64,000 nucleotides of DNA, taken from contig PCUW01000011.1 of NCBI GenBank assembly GCA_002787775.1, positions 35,898-99,897 of the forward strand. Reading direction: 5' to 3'. A program made the position numbers and the translations under genes. How positions within the stretch are numbered: position 1 is the first letter of the stretch; every line of letters starts with the position of its first letter. The notes under the pieces are model-generated. The model was not told where the DNA came from, did no database searches, and saw only the letters and a list, made by a program, of their open reading frames with translations. Shown piece after piece: positions 11,122 through 21,165 of the stretch. Origin of the DNA: Bdellovibrionales bacterium CG12_big_fil_rev_8_21_14_0_65_38_15 (GTDB lineage Bacteria; Bdellovibrionota; Bacteriovoracia; Bacteriovoracales; Bacteriovoracaceae).

Positions 11122-11327
11122 CGAGAGACATTTGATGGAGTTTTGAATCAATCCTAGATTCTAGGCTCCTACACACACACACTAATACCTACTGCATAGA
11201 GTGTGCCAACTTTTAACAAGCTTAGAATCGACTCTAACTATATGATTTTATATTAAAAATGATTGTTAAGGCAGTCATATTTTTGACGAAAGATCTTTTT
11301 TCGCGACGAGCATCTGACGTTCTATTT

Positions 11328-11570
11328 TTAACCTTGGCCTGATAAAAACTGAGATAAGCGTTGAACCGCTGTTTGTAGTGCATCATCGGCGTGTTCAAGT
11401 TTATAGATCGTGTCTACATGATGCCAAATCTTTCGTGACTCTTTTTGCACTATATCAATTTCGACGACGAAGCCATCTGAGTGTAGATTAAGTGTAATCC
11501 TGCCAAGACGATGTTGATCATTATCGATATTTACAAAGAAGTCTTGTGGGTATTCTATTTTTCCATTCAT
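11328..11570 (-). CDS. Hypothetical protein (80 aa)
   Basis: ORF only, with no motif recognised. The start is 18 nt from the divergent YceI-like gene. Confidence 0.45.
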   Translation of the reverse strand: MNGKIEYPQDFFVNIDNDQHRLGRITLNLHSDGFVVEIDIVQKESRKIWHHVDTIYKLEHADDALQTAVQRLSQFLSGQG

Positions 11571-11588
11571 TTTTTAAAGGATTAACAA

Positions 11589-12143
11589 ATGCGCTACTTA
11601 CTGACTATGCTTTTTATTCTCCCTCTCACTTCTCACGCTTGTCTTGAGCTACAAAAAGATTCTGTTAAGGTTCAGTGGACTGGCTATAAGACAGCTGCCA
11701 AGCTTGGCGTTAGTGGAGTTTTCACTGATGTTAAACATGACGGTAAAACCAAAGCTGAAACGATTGATGATCTTATTAATGGTGCAAGTCTTACCATGAA
11801 TCTTTCAACTCCAAGCAGTGGCGATGCCTCAAGAGATGCAAACTTAAAGAATAAGTTCTTTAAACTTATTGGTAATCAAGCAACAGCTAAAGTCACAAAA
11901 ATAGCCAAAGGCTTGGCCCGCGTTGACGTTAAAATGGGAAAGAAAACTGTAGAGGTTGCTCTATCTCCTGATCTTAAAGATGACGTTCTAACGTTGACTG
12001 GTACACTTGATATGTTCGACTTTGCTATTGATAGCGCCTTTGCCTCTATCAGTAAAACCTGTCGCGCCCTTCATGAAGGTAAAACTTGGAATGACGTTGC
12101 TCTAAAAATTACAGCTAACGTCACCCCTTGTAAGGCTCAGTAA
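11589..12143 (+). CDS. YceI-like periplasmic polyisoprenoid-binding protein (tentative)
   Basis: Signal peptide, then VKVQWTGYKTAAKLGVSGVFTDV, which resembles the first YceI strands. Size (184 aa) fits the family. Confidence 0.5.
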   Translation: MRYLLTMLFILPLTSHACLELQKDSVKVQWTGYKTAAKLGVSGVFTDVKHDGKTKAETIDDLINGASLTMNLSTPSSGDASRDANLKNKFFKLIGNQATAKVTKIAKGLARVDVKMGKKTVEVALSPDLKDDVLTLTGTLDMFDFAIDSAFASISKTCRALHEGKTWNDVALKITANVTPCKAQ

Positions 12144-12601
12144 TCCAATCCTGATTTCCTGATATGAACTTTTGGCTTAGCCTCACTCTCAAAAACGTTT
12201 GAGGCTAAGACTTCAGCAAAAACAACTTCATGATCGCCTGGTTGAGTCTTAGAAATCATTTTACAAGTGATCGCTGACTTAGCGCCTTTAATAAGTAGTC
12301 CACCTTCAGCATTCACTTCATGTGGAATTTCTCCAAAAGGACTCACTTCGTAGCTCTTCCAAAAATGGCGCATATATTGTGTTTCATGCTCACCTACAAT
12401 ATTAATCGCAAACGGTTTTCCTGCCATGATATGTTCATAGCCAGGTCGACCTGCGCGAATTCCTAAAGCGACAACTAGAGGTTCAAAAGAAACCTGCTGA
12501 ACCCAACTGGCTAAGTAGCCATCTTTTTTTTCACCATCAGTCGTCGTTACAATAAATAGTCCGGAGGGAATATGACCTACGGCTTGAGCTTTATCAGACA
12601 T
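12137..12601 (-). CDS. Flavin reductase-like FMN-binding domain protein
   Basis: 154 aa. GLFIVTTTDGEKKDGYLASWVQQVSFEPLVVALGI is typical of the Flavin_Reduct split-barrel. Confidence 0.75.
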   Translation of the reverse strand: MSDKAQAVGHIPSGLFIVTTTDGEKKDGYLASWVQQVSFEPLVVALGIRAGRPGYEHIMAGKPFAINIVGEHETQYMRHFWKSYEVSPFGEIPHEVNAEGGLLIKGAKSAITCKMISKTQPGDHEVVFAEVLASNVFESEAKPKVHIRKSGLDY

Positions 12602-12604
12602 TCT

Positions 12605-13612
12605 TTACTCCTTTGTTAGTATTTGAGTTTCACCAAATACTGGTACATCAAAATGATCGACACTATGTTCGGACTTCGCTTTATTTAAGTCTTTAATAGG
12701 ATCATCTATGGCTTCGTTGGTTAATTGAAAAGTTCCGAAATGAATACCGACAGATTGTTTAGATTGCAAAGCTTTATGAGCTCTAACAGACTCATCGGGA
12801 TTGATATGAAAGTTCTTCATAAACCATCTCGGAGCGTAGGCCCCAATCGGGATGAATGAAAGGTCGGGGGCGCCAATTCGATCACGAATCATTTCAAAAA
12901 ACTTCCCCCACCCAGTGTCTCCGGCAAAATAAACTCTGGAAGTACCTTCGATCATAAAACCGCCCCATAGTGCTTTTCTTTTGTCGAACATTCCTCTGGC
13001 CGACCAGTGCTGTGCTGGCACAAAATGAAATTTTAAATTATTAAGATCGAGTTGTTGCCACCAATCCATTTCAAGGATTTTATCAATCCCTTCAGACTCT
13101 AAGAGTTCTCGATTTCTTAATCCCACAATAAAAGTGGGATTAAACTTTTCTTTTAATTTAGTTAACGTTGGAAGATCTAAATGGTCATAATGGTTGTGAC
13201 TAATCAAAACAAAATCAATGGCAGGTAAATCTTCAAAATTTAAACCAGGAGCTCTTACTCTTTTAGGTCCAGCAAAAGAGACAGGACTGGTACGATCACT
13301 CCAAATAGGATCAGTAATAATATTAATACCATCAATTTGAATGAGAACTGTTGCGTGATTAATAACATTCCAATGAATTTCACCTTTTTCGGTTCTCTCT
13401 TTGAGTATTGATCCCGCATTAGATTCGACCCAAGTAGGCCAATCTTTTGCCTTTTCACTAAATTTCCACTTAAGTAACGTCGTCAAAGGCTTATCTGGAA
13501 CTGGTTCTAGGTTTTCAAAACGCTCACCATCGAAGGGAGCGCCAAAATGGGTTTGTGAGTTTGTTGTCATGATTGAAGCCACAAATAAAAAAAGCAAAAT
13601 GATATTTTTCAT
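12605..13612 (-). CDS. Secreted MBL-fold hydrolase (NAPE-PLD-like)
   Basis: Signal peptide, VLISHNHYDHLD (HxHxDH), and a C-terminal IPIGAY...HFGTF typical of the Lactamase_B_2 / NAPE-PLD-like group. Confidence 0.7.
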   Translation of the reverse strand: MKNIILLFLFVASIMTTNSQTHFGAPFDGERFENLEPVPDKPLTTLLKWKFSEKAKDWPTWVESNAGSILKERTEKGEIHWNVINHATVLIQIDGINIITDPIWSDRTSPVSFAGPKRVRAPGLNFEDLPAIDFVLISHNHYDHLDLPTLTKLKEKFNPTFIVGLRNRELLESEGIDKILEMDWWQQLDLNNLKFHFVPAQHWSARGMFDKRKALWGGFMIEGTSRVYFAGDTGWGKFFEMIRDRIGAPDLSFIPIGAYAPRWFMKNFHINPDESVRAHKALQSKQSVGIHFGTFQLTNEAIDDPIKDLNKAKSEHSVDHFDVPVFGETQILTKE

Positions 13613-13651
13613 TTTGCTATTGTGAAGACTTCACTAAATATTGAAAAGATT

Positions 13652-14341
13652 TTATTGAAGAGTTTGGCTAAACAATTGTTCTAAAAGCTCAGCTGCTTGG
13701 CGTTGTGAGCGAGTAAGATTTGTTCTTTGCAAATAAGACTCAATGCTTAAAACACTTCCATCAAGCTTTTTTCTACGTAGAACTAATTGCTCATAAAAAG
13801 CTGCTTTATTATTTTTCCATAGGTCTAATAATTTAGATAATGAAAGCATTTGGTCACGTGCATAGGTAAATCTTGGGTGATTGGCGTAATCGATGTCTCC
13901 ACCGGCAGCAAAACCTATCTCTTGGTAATACTCCATAGCAGCAGAAAAAACGAAAAGATCAGTCTCAATAAAGCGTGGAAGTGAAGTTTTAAAATCCTCA
14001 ACAATAATCGCTTGAATATTGTAGTCAACCAATCCGGCCATGACGATCCAAGATAGGTATTCAAAAGAAGCTGCACCTAAATTCAAATTAAAACTTAGTT
14101 CTAAATTTCCACCAACTTGGCGAGTAAAAAATGGAGCGGGCGTATTATCAAAAGTCATCAAAGCGTTATTGGTTCGCGCTTCATAAGTTTGAGCAGCATC
14201 TAAACCAATTGACGTTTTTTTAACGGCGTTTTCTTTAGCAATTGTTAATTTATGATTTGGATTCTGGTTTTGTGCTTCAGCAGGTGAAGACAGAAGAAGT
14301 ATAGATAATGGGGCTAAGACTCTGATTAAAGACATCAACAT
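13652..14341 (-). CDS. Secreted hypothetical protein (229 aa)
   Basis: Signal peptide ending in ...LLLSSPAEAQ. No motif recognised. Confidence 0.55.
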   Translation of the reverse strand: MLMSLIRVLAPLSILLLSSPAEAQNQNPNHKLTIAKENAVKKTSIGLDAAQTYEARTNNALMTFDNTPAPFFTRQVGGNLELSFNLNLGAASFEYLSWIVMAGLVDYNIQAIIVEDFKTSLPRFIETDLFVFSAAMEYYQEIGFAAGGDIDYANHPRFTYARDQMLSLSKLLDLWKNNKAAFYEQLVLRRKKLDGSVLSIESYLQRTNLTRSQRQAAELLEQLFSQTLQ

Positions 14342-14551
14342 ATTAGTTCTCCAATGAGGTTCTTATGCCTCGTGCGCTATGCGCCGTCAAGAGAAGTTAG
14401 ATATATTTAAAACGCGAAGCAAAATAGCTTAGACATACTCTCACTTAAGTTAAGAAAATCCTTAACCTACGCTATTCTATCGGCTAAGATGTTTCTTGTT
14501 ATCCCTTATGATTTCAAAACTTTCAGACTCTAAGCAAGGAGAGCCTCGCCC

Positions 14552-15244
14552 ATGTCGTCGTCAACGCAAAGCATCTCGCATAACTATTTCCTATCGTCCG
14601 TGGTTAAAAAACAAATCATGGCCGTCACAGGACTTTTATTATGTGGGTTCTTACTCGGCCACTTAGCCGGAAACACACTTATTATTATTAGCCCTGATGC
14701 CTTTAATCAGTACGGCCACGCACTCGTGAGCAACAAGCCATTGTTGTACACAGCTGAAGCAGGACTGATTGTTTTATTTCTCGTGCATCTCACGATGGCA
14801 GCGAAGCTGACGGTAGAAAACAATACAGCTAGACCTGAAAAATATTATATCAAACAAAAAACTGGGCGTGGCTCAACGTTTGCTTCTTCGACTATGCCTT
14901 ATACCGGTATGATCATTCTGATTTTCTTGGTCACTCACCTCATCAACTTCAAATATGGCACAGTCTATATGACAACCATTAATGGCGTTGAGATGAGAGA
15001 TCTTTATAAAACAGTGATGGAGTTTTTCGCCCAACCAATCGGTGCAGCATGGTATGCGTTTGCGATGGTGGCCATGGCGATTCACGTCTCTCACGGTTTT
15101 TGGTCAGCCTTTCATTCAATAGGTATTTTCCATAATCGCTACACCCCACTTCTACGTAAAGCGGGCATTGCTTATGCCATTTTAGTCGGCGCTGGATTCG
15201 CGTCACTTGCACTGTATGGTTATATCCAAGGAGTTCAAGCATGA
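14552..15244 (+). CDS. sdhC: Succinate dehydrogenase/fumarate reductase cytochrome b subunit (single large anchor, type B)
   Basis: 230 aa with about 5 TM helices carrying conserved His residues. AAGGAGA SD. Overlaps the sdhA start by 4 nt (ATGA). Confidence 0.8.
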   Translation: MSSSTQSISHNYFLSSVVKKQIMAVTGLLLCGFLLGHLAGNTLIIISPDAFNQYGHALVSNKPLLYTAEAGLIVLFLVHLTMAAKLTVENNTARPEKYYIKQKTGRGSTFASSTMPYTGMIILIFLVTHLINFKYGTVYMTTINGVEMRDLYKTVMEFFAQPIGAAWYAFAMVAMAIHVSHGFWSAFHSIGIFHNRYTPLLRKAGIAYAILVGAGFASLALYGYIQGVQA

Positions 15245-17181
15245 GTACTGAACAACAAGTAAAAAAATTAGACGGTAAAGTTCCAAAGGGTGATATAAAA
15301 ACACTTTGGGAGAACTACAAGTTCGACATGAAACTTGTTAACCCTTCAAATAAAAGAAAGTTTAAAGTCATCGTGGTTGGTACTGGTCTTGCTGGTGCTT
15401 CGGCTTCAGCTACACTTGCTGAACTTGGCTATGAAGTTGAAGCATTCTGTATTTCAGATTCGCCAAGACGTGCTCACTCGATTGCTGCTCAAGGTGGTAT
15501 CAACGCTGCTAAAAACTATCCTAACGATGGTGACTCCGTTTGGCGTTTGTTCTATGACACCGTTAAAGGTGGTGACTTTAGAGCGCGTGAAGCCAACGTT
15601 TATCGTCTAGCGCAAGTTTCAAATAATATTATCGACCAATGTGCTGCTCAAGGTGTTCCATTTGCTCGTGAATACGGCGGAACACTTTCAAACAGATCTT
15701 TTGGTGGTGCTCAGGTTTCTAGAACTTTCTACGCCAGAGGACAAACAGGACAACAGCTTTTACTAGGTGCGTACTCTGCTTTGATGAAAGAGTCTTCTAA
15801 AGGCAAAGTAAAAATCCATACTCGTAGTGAGATGGTTGAACTTGTTATGGTTAACGGTAAAGCTCGTGGGATTATCACAAGAAATATCGTGACTGGTGAG
15901 TTCGCTAAACATAGTGCAGACGCTGTTCTTCTTTGTACTGGCGGATACGGTAACGTTTTCTTTCTTTCAACCAATGCCATGAACTCAAACGGTTCAGCGG
16001 CATGGAAGGCATATAAAAAAGGCGCATACTTTGCTAACCCTTGTTACACACAAATTCACCCAACATGTATTCCAGTTCACGGCGAGAATCAGTCAAAGCT
16101 AACTCTTATGTCTGAGTCTCTTCGAAATGACGGACGTGTTTGGGCGCCAAAAAAACAAGGCGACAAACGTCCTGCCAATGAAATCCCAGAAGATGAAAGA
16201 GACTATTACCTAGAAAGAGTTTACCCTTCATTTGGTAATCTTGCTCCTCGTGACGTTTCTTCCAGACAAGCCAAGTACCGTGTTGATGAAGGCAAAGGCG
16301 TTGGTAAAACAGGTGTAGCAGTTTATCTGGACTTCAGAGATGCCATTAAGCGCGACGGCTATGAAGTTATCAAGGATCGTTACGGTAACCTCTTTGATAT
16401 GTATCAACGTATTACTGATGAAAACCCATACGAAGTTCCAATGCGCATCTACCCTGCTGTTCACTACACTATGGGTGGTTTATGGGTTGATTATAACCTA
16501 ATGACTGGTGCGAAAGGTTGTTTTGCTCTTGGTGAAGCCAACTTCTCTGATCACGGCGCGAACCGTCTTGGAGCTTCTGCACTGATGCAAGGTTTAGCCG
16601 ATGGTTATTTTGTGATTCCATATACACTTGGAAATTACTTAGCTAGTGAAAAACCAAATGAAGAGAAAGTAACAGTTGATAACCCTGAGTTCGAACAAGC
16701 TATGAAAGAGGCCAAGGGTCGCTTCTCAAAACTTCTAAGTATTAATGGTAAACGCTCTGTGGATTCATTCCATAAAGCCCTTGGTCATATCATGTGGGAA
16801 AATGTCGGTATGGGTCGTACAGAAAAAGGACTCACTTCTGCCATTAAAGAAATTCAAGCCCTAAGAAAAGAATTTTGGAAAGATGTTAAAGTTACTGGCA
16901 GTGATTCAGGCATTAACGTTGAACTTGAAAAAGCCAACCGCGTTGCTGATTTTATTGAACTTGGTGAACTCATGGCAAGAGATGCTCTGGCTAGACATGA
17001 AAGTTGCGGCGGACATTTTAGAGAAGAAATGCAAACAGCTGATGGTGAAGCAAAACGTGACGATGAAAAATTCTGTCATGTAGCGGCTTGGGAGTGGACC
17101 GGTGATGACGGCGAGCCCATTCGAAATATCGAAGAGCTAAGCTTTGAGAATGTTCACCTTGCAACTAGATCATACAAATAA
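15241..17181 (+). CDS. sdhA: Succinate dehydrogenase/fumarate reductase flavoprotein subunit
   Basis: 646 aa: [12 protein letters not shown] (FAD fold), [14 protein letters not shown] (covalent-FAD His context), HYTMGG, and ESCGGHFR. Confidence 0.95.
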   Translation: MSTEQQVKKLDGKVPKGDIKTLWENYKFDMKLVNPSNKRKFKVIVVGTGLAGASASATLAELGYEVEAFCISDSPRRAHSIAAQGGINAAKNYPNDGDSVWRLFYDTVKGGDFRAREANVYRLAQVSNNIIDQCAAQGVPFAREYGGTLSNRSFGGAQVSRTFYARGQTGQQLLLGAYSALMKESSKGKVKIHTRSEMVELVMVNGKARGIITRNIVTGEFAKHSADAVLLCTGGYGNVFFLSTNAMNSNGSAAWKAYKKGAYFANPCYTQIHPTCIPVHGENQSKLTLMSESLRNDGRVWAPKKQGDKRPANEIPEDERDYYLERVYPSFGNLAPRDVSSRQAKYRVDEGKGVGKTGVAVYLDFRDAIKRDGYEVIKDRYGNLFDMYQRITDENPYEVPMRIYPAVHYTMGGLWVDYNLMTGAKGCFALGEANFSDHGANRLGASALMQGLADGYFVIPYTLGNYLASEKPNEEKVTVDNPEFEQAMKEAKGRFSKLLSINGKRSVDSFHKALGHIMWENVGMGRTEKGLTSAIKEIQALRKEFWKDVKVTGSDSGINVELEKANRVADFIELGELMARDALARHESCGGHFREEMQTADGEAKRDDEKFCHVAAWEWTGDDGEPIRNIEELSFENVHLATRSYK

Positions 17182-17190
17182 GAGGTAGAG

Positions 17191-17961
17191 ATGAGTGATT
17201 CAAATAATATGACCCTCAATCTGAAAATTTGGCGTCAATCAACAACAAAAGATAAAGGCCAAATTGTCGATTACATTCTTGAAGGTGTATCTCCAGATAT
17301 GTCATTTCTTGAAATGATCGACATGCTTAACGAACAACTTGTTGCTAAAAATGACGATCCAATCGCTTTTGATCACGATTGCCGCGAAGGAATTTGTGGA
17401 ATGTGTTCAATGATGATCAATGGCCAAGCCCATGGACCAGAAAAAGCAACAACGACTTGTCAGCTACATATGAGAAGCTTTAAAGACGGCGACACTATTG
17501 TGATCGAGCCTTGGCGTGCCAGAGCATTCCCAGTACTTAAAGATTTAATGGTTGATCGCTCCGCCTTTGACAGAATTATTGAAGCTGGTGGATTTGTTAA
17601 CGTTAATACTGGTAACGCCGGCGACGCTAACGAAATTCTTATTCCTAAAGAAGCTGCTGACCTAGCCATGGATGCTGCTGCTTGTATTGGTTGTGGCGCT
17701 TGTGTTGCTAGCTGTAAAAATGCTTCTGCCATGCTTTTTGTTTCAGCCAAAATTTCTCAGCTTGCTCTTCTTCCTCAAGGTGAAGTTGAAGCCGATCAAC
17801 GTGCACTTTCAATGGTTGAGAAGATGGATGAACTTGGCTTTGGTAATTGTACTAACGAAGCTGAATGTGAAGCTAGCTGTCCTAAAGACATCAGCATCAG
17901 TAATATCGCGCGTATGAATAGAGGCTTTTTAAAAGCCGCTATTACATCTAAAACGAAATAG
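17191..17961 (+). CDS. sdhB: Succinate dehydrogenase/fumarate reductase iron-sulfur subunit
   Basis: 256 aa: CREGICGMC (2Fe-2S), [11 protein letters not shown] (4Fe-4S), and CEASCP. Confidence 0.95.
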   Translation: MSDSNNMTLNLKIWRQSTTKDKGQIVDYILEGVSPDMSFLEMIDMLNEQLVAKNDDPIAFDHDCREGICGMCSMMINGQAHGPEKATTTCQLHMRSFKDGDTIVIEPWRARAFPVLKDLMVDRSAFDRIIEAGGFVNVNTGNAGDANEILIPKEAADLAMDAAACIGCGACVASCKNASAMLFVSAKISQLALLPQGEVEADQRALSMVEKMDELGFGNCTNEAECEASCPKDISISNIARMNRGFLKAAITSKTK

Positions 17962-17963
17962 CG

Positions 17964-19055
17964 TTGGAAGTTTTTGGCCCAGCCGTTGAGATTTTCCTGC
18001 GTCGTGTACGATTCATGGCTAGGGAAATTTTATCTCAGGAAGTGGGCCTTAAACTTCATCGCACTCGTTTTGAGTGGAATCAAAAACTCTATCCTCTTCA
18101 TATAGTTATTTTCGATCATGCCACTAAACTTGGTGAGTATGATCCAAGCCAATGGCGTCTAGGTCTTTCCACGCGTCTCATGAAAGAAGCAAAAGACGCT
18201 GTGATTCGTGACATTCTTCGCCACGAAATCGCCCATATGATGACTCATCTTCACTTCGGCGAAAATATCCAAGCTCACGGCAATGAGTTTAAAAATATCT
18301 GTACTCGCTACGGCTGGGATCATGAGATTTCCAAAGCGACACTTGATCTAGTCATGGCCAACGATCATTATGAAGGTGACCTTAAAACAGAAAAGCTTTT
18401 ATCTCGCTTAAAAAAATTAATGGCCCTAAGCGAATCTGAAAATCCTCATGAAGCTGAACTTGCCATGACTAAGGCGAATGACATGCTTATTCAGCATAAT
18501 CTTGATCGCTTAGAAATCGATCATGACGATGAAATGGTCTATGTCCTGCCTGTTATGTTTGGCCAAAAATCAAATGCTAAAATGCACGCGGTTTATGAAA
18601 TTTTAAAAACATTTTTTGTCGCTCCTGTTTTTACCAAACGCCAAGGCCAAGTTGCCCTTGATGTAGTCGGTGATCAAGCCAGTGTTAAGATTGCAGAATA
18701 TGTTAGTGCATTTTTACAAGATGAATTAGAGCGTCTTTGGGTCAAGGCTAAAAAAGCCAATAACCTCAAAGGACTTCGCGCCAAGAATTCATTCTTTTCA
18801 GGTGTTGCTCGTGGTTACGTTGAAAAAATTCAAACGACTCAAAAAGAATTTCATCAAAGTGCCTTAGTTAAAGTTCAAGCTTCTTCACAGAAGATGTTAG
18901 CCAGAGTTTACGGCAGACTTTCTTCAACAAGTTCAAGCTCCAAGGCTGATAGCAATGCTTTAAATGCAGGAAGCTTGGCCGGAAAACAAATGAGTATTAG
19001 AACTGGAATCGAGAAAAGTGGCCATCAAGGGAGACTTTTAAGTTATGACTCCTAA
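17964..19055 (+). CDS. SprT-like zinc metallopeptidase domain plus DUF2786-like domain protein
   Basis: ILRHEIAHMMTHLHFG...HGNEF is a SprT-like HExxH. LKKLMALSESENPHEAELAMTKANDMLIQHNL is DUF2786-like. The track start is TTG 17964; ATG 18015 (MAREIL) is an alternative. Confidence 0.65.
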   Translation: MEVFGPAVEIFLRRVRFMAREILSQEVGLKLHRTRFEWNQKLYPLHIVIFDHATKLGEYDPSQWRLGLSTRLMKEAKDAVIRDILRHEIAHMMTHLHFGENIQAHGNEFKNICTRYGWDHEISKATLDLVMANDHYEGDLKTEKLLSRLKKLMALSESENPHEAELAMTKANDMLIQHNLDRLEIDHDDEMVYVLPVMFGQKSNAKMHAVYEILKTFFVAPVFTKRQGQVALDVVGDQASVKIAEYVSAFLQDELERLWVKAKKANNLKGLRAKNSFFSGVARGYVEKIQTTQKEFHQSALVKVQASSQKMLARVYGRLSSTSSSSKADSNALNAGSLAGKQMSIRTGIEKSGHQGRLLSYDS

Positions 19056-19485
19056 AGAATTAGAAACCGTTTTTAGAAAAATTTGTCGCTTTGATGAAAC
19101 TCTTGCGATTAACTTTACTGTTCCAAAACCAGGAACGTCTCATTACAAGTTCACAGTTGATGAAAGACACCTTGCCAGTCCGACACAATGTCACGGTGGA
19201 GTTTTAGCGGCTGTGATGGATGCGACCATGGGCGTGGCCGTTTTAACTGAAGCGGTTCAAAGTGGTAATCTATGTTCGACTGTTGAATTTAAAATTAATT
19301 ATTTAAATCGCGCCGTGCTAGGTGATCAATTGGATGCTTACGGTGAAGTTGAATTTATTGGTAACCGTTTGATTGTTGCTAATGCCGTTATTAAATGCGG
19401 AGAAAAACTTATCGCTAAGGCAATGGGTACATTCTCACTATACCCAGCTGATAAAACTGAGATCGCCAATTGGGCCAAAGGATAA
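19045..19485 (+). CDS. PaaI-family hotdog-fold thioesterase
   Basis: 146 aa with HGGVLAAVMDATMG. Overlaps the upstream stop by 11 nt. Confidence 0.8.
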   Translation: MTPKELETVFRKICRFDETLAINFTVPKPGTSHYKFTVDERHLASPTQCHGGVLAAVMDATMGVAVLTEAVQSGNLCSTVEFKINYLNRAVLGDQLDAYGEVEFIGNRLIVANAVIKCGEKLIAKAMGTFSLYPADKTEIANWAKG

Positions 19486-19488
19486 GCT

Positions 19489-19881
19489 ATGCCTGAAAAT
19501 GTGAAATTTACTCTTTTAGGATTCACTGCCTTAATGGCCGCAGTAGGTTTTGGAGCCTTTGGAGCCCACGGGCTTGAACAATCTTTATCGGCCAAACAGC
19601 TTGCCACTTATCAAACTGGTATTGAATACCTCTTTTATCATGGACTAGGGGCCCTGGCGCTAGCCAGCCTGAGCCAAAGCCTAAGCTTAGAGTTTAAGCG
19701 CTCAAGATGGGCCATGACGCTTGGAATGCTGATTTTTAGCGGAGGCTGTATGGTTTACGCTGTAACTAGCCAAAAATTCATCGCTATGGCCATTCCACTT
19801 GGTGGCCTAGGCTACTTATTTTGTTGGGCCCTAGCCATAAAAGATTTAGCGGCTAAATTTAAAAAACCTCTAAAACCTTAA
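19489..19881 (+). CDS. DUF423 (YgdD-like) membrane protein
   Basis: 130 aa, 4 TM helices, GAFGAHGL motif. Starts 3 nt after the upstream stop. Confidence 0.7.
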   Translation: MPENVKFTLLGFTALMAAVGFGAFGAHGLEQSLSAKQLATYQTGIEYLFYHGLGALALASLSQSLSLEFKRSRWAMTLGMLIFSGGCMVYAVTSQKFIAMAIPLGGLGYLFCWALAIKDLAAKFKKPLKP

Positions 19882-19989
19882 ATTTCACTATTTTTGAACC
19901 CTTAGAAAATCAATAATTCGAAACATTTATTCAACTTTTAAAGCAAATAGCCGATAAAGAAATATCATTGATTATGGGTGAGGTTAGCC

Positions 19990-20367
19990 ATGTCTAATTT
20001 GGTCAAAAATTTTGTTACTTCTTGTACTCTAACGTTTAAGGCGTTCGAGCATGAAGTGATCATTTCAAAAAACCAAAGTACGATGTGGAACTTTATGGCC
20101 GTTAATAAAAGACGCGATAAGGTTTACGCTGTTTACTGTGCTCCAAGACTTTCATCAGCAAAAGCTCTTATCAAAGTTGCTCTTAAGAAAGTTCCTGCTG
20201 ACTCAAGATTAGTTGTTGTAACTTCTTCCTATACAGATGAAGAATATGAACAAGCCAACAAAGATGGATACTCTTTAGTAACTCTCTCAATGTTATCTAA
20301 ATACGGAACAGAAATGTTAGAGATTAAGCAAAAAGAAGAAGCTGACTCACTTTCTAAAGCCGCCTAA
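19990..20367 (+). CDS. Hypothetical protein (about 125 aa)
   Basis: ORF with a GGTGAGG SD 6 nt before ATG 19990. There is a weak resemblance to the restriction-endonuclease-like (Mrr_cat-type) fold pattern (VYAVYC...LVVVTSSYTDEE...GYSLVTL), which I cannot confirm. Confidence 0.45.
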   Translation: MSNLVKNFVTSCTLTFKAFEHEVIISKNQSTMWNFMAVNKRRDKVYAVYCAPRLSSAKALIKVALKKVPADSRLVVVTSSYTDEEYEQANKDGYSLVTLSMLSKYGTEMLEIKQKEEADSLSKAA

Positions 20368-21084
20368 TTAAACTTTTTTCTTTTCGGAACCATGCAAGAT
20401 TTTATGTTGCTGAGTGATCACTCGAAAACCTTGTGCTTCGTTTTCATTCCAAGCAATAACATCTAGAACTCTCTCAAACGGCATCGATTCACCAAGATTA
20501 AACGCAGGAGTTAAAACCCAAGGAAATGTTGTATCGACACTGGCATTAACGAGCATTGAATGAAGTTCGTTTTTGGCTTGAACAACATCATCAAAATCAA
20601 TACGTGACTCAATAACACTTTTGATTTGGAATTTATTAGGAAACTGGGTTGCAAGCTTAGCAACCAATGACAAATTGGTTTTAACTTTTGTACACGGAGT
20701 TTTGTAATCAAAACTAATAAAATCGATGGCATCAAAAAGCTCACTGACAACTCGAGTTCCAGCAGCTTCAACGTTAACCCAATAGCCTTTTTTCTTTAAG
20801 ACGGACACAAGCTGTAAAACTTGAGGCAGGAGTTTAGGATGAAGTGGATCTCCTCCAGTAATTGAAACTCGCTTAAACTTATCTCCACCTTGCTCGATAA
20901 CCTGAGCTAAAACTTGATCTAGAGTTAGTCTCTCACCAGCATCAAAATCCCAAGTATCGATTGAATCACAGTTTACGCAACCGATATTACAACCTTGAAA
21001 GCGCACGAAAACCTGTGGTGTTCCAATATGGACACCCTCGCCTTCTGAGGCCTTATAAATGGCATTAATAGCAAATAAAGACAA
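20368..21084 (-). CDS. queE: 7-carboxy-7-deazaguanine synthase (radical SAM)
   Basis: 238 aa: IYKASEGEG...VFVRFQGCNIGCVNCD (Cx3Cx2C), ITGGDPL, and a C-terminal ITQQHKILHG. TTG start. Confidence 0.85.
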   Translation of the reverse strand: MSLFAINAIYKASEGEGVHIGTPQVFVRFQGCNIGCVNCDSIDTWDFDAGERLTLDQVLAQVIEQGGDKFKRVSITGGDPLHPKLLPQVLQLVSVLKKKGYWVNVEAAGTRVVSELFDAIDFISFDYKTPCTKVKTNLSLVAKLATQFPNKFQIKSVIESRIDFDDVVQAKNELHSMLVNASVDTTFPWVLTPAFNLGESMPFERVLDVIAWNENEAQGFRVITQQHKILHGSEKKKV

Positions 21085-21165
21085 AACTACCCCGGATTAG
21101 TCTTAAAGCGGGGTTGTAACATGACAGATAGCTCTATGCCAGTATGAATACGTAATTATTACAGG

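Noticed and set aside
19990-21084. queE together with the small endonuclease-like ORF (and tgt 11 kb away), considered as a possible 7-deazaguanine DNA-modification (dpd-like) system.
   Set aside because: No dpdA-like paralogue, queC/queD/folE genes, helicase or ATPase genes are adjacent. The tgt gene has the canonical bacterial tRNA-type motifs and the queE looks ordinary. Scattered queuosine genes are common.
21085-21130. Possible preQ1 riboswitch in the short leader of queE (hairpin CCCCG-N14-CGGGG just upstream of the TTG start).
   Set aside because: The hairpin is followed by a U-rich rather than the A-rich ACUA-type tail needed for the preQ1-I pseudoknot, and the loop does not resemble the class I, II or III consensus as I remember them. 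It is more simply a weak terminator for the upstream DUF481 gene. A cmscan would settle it.
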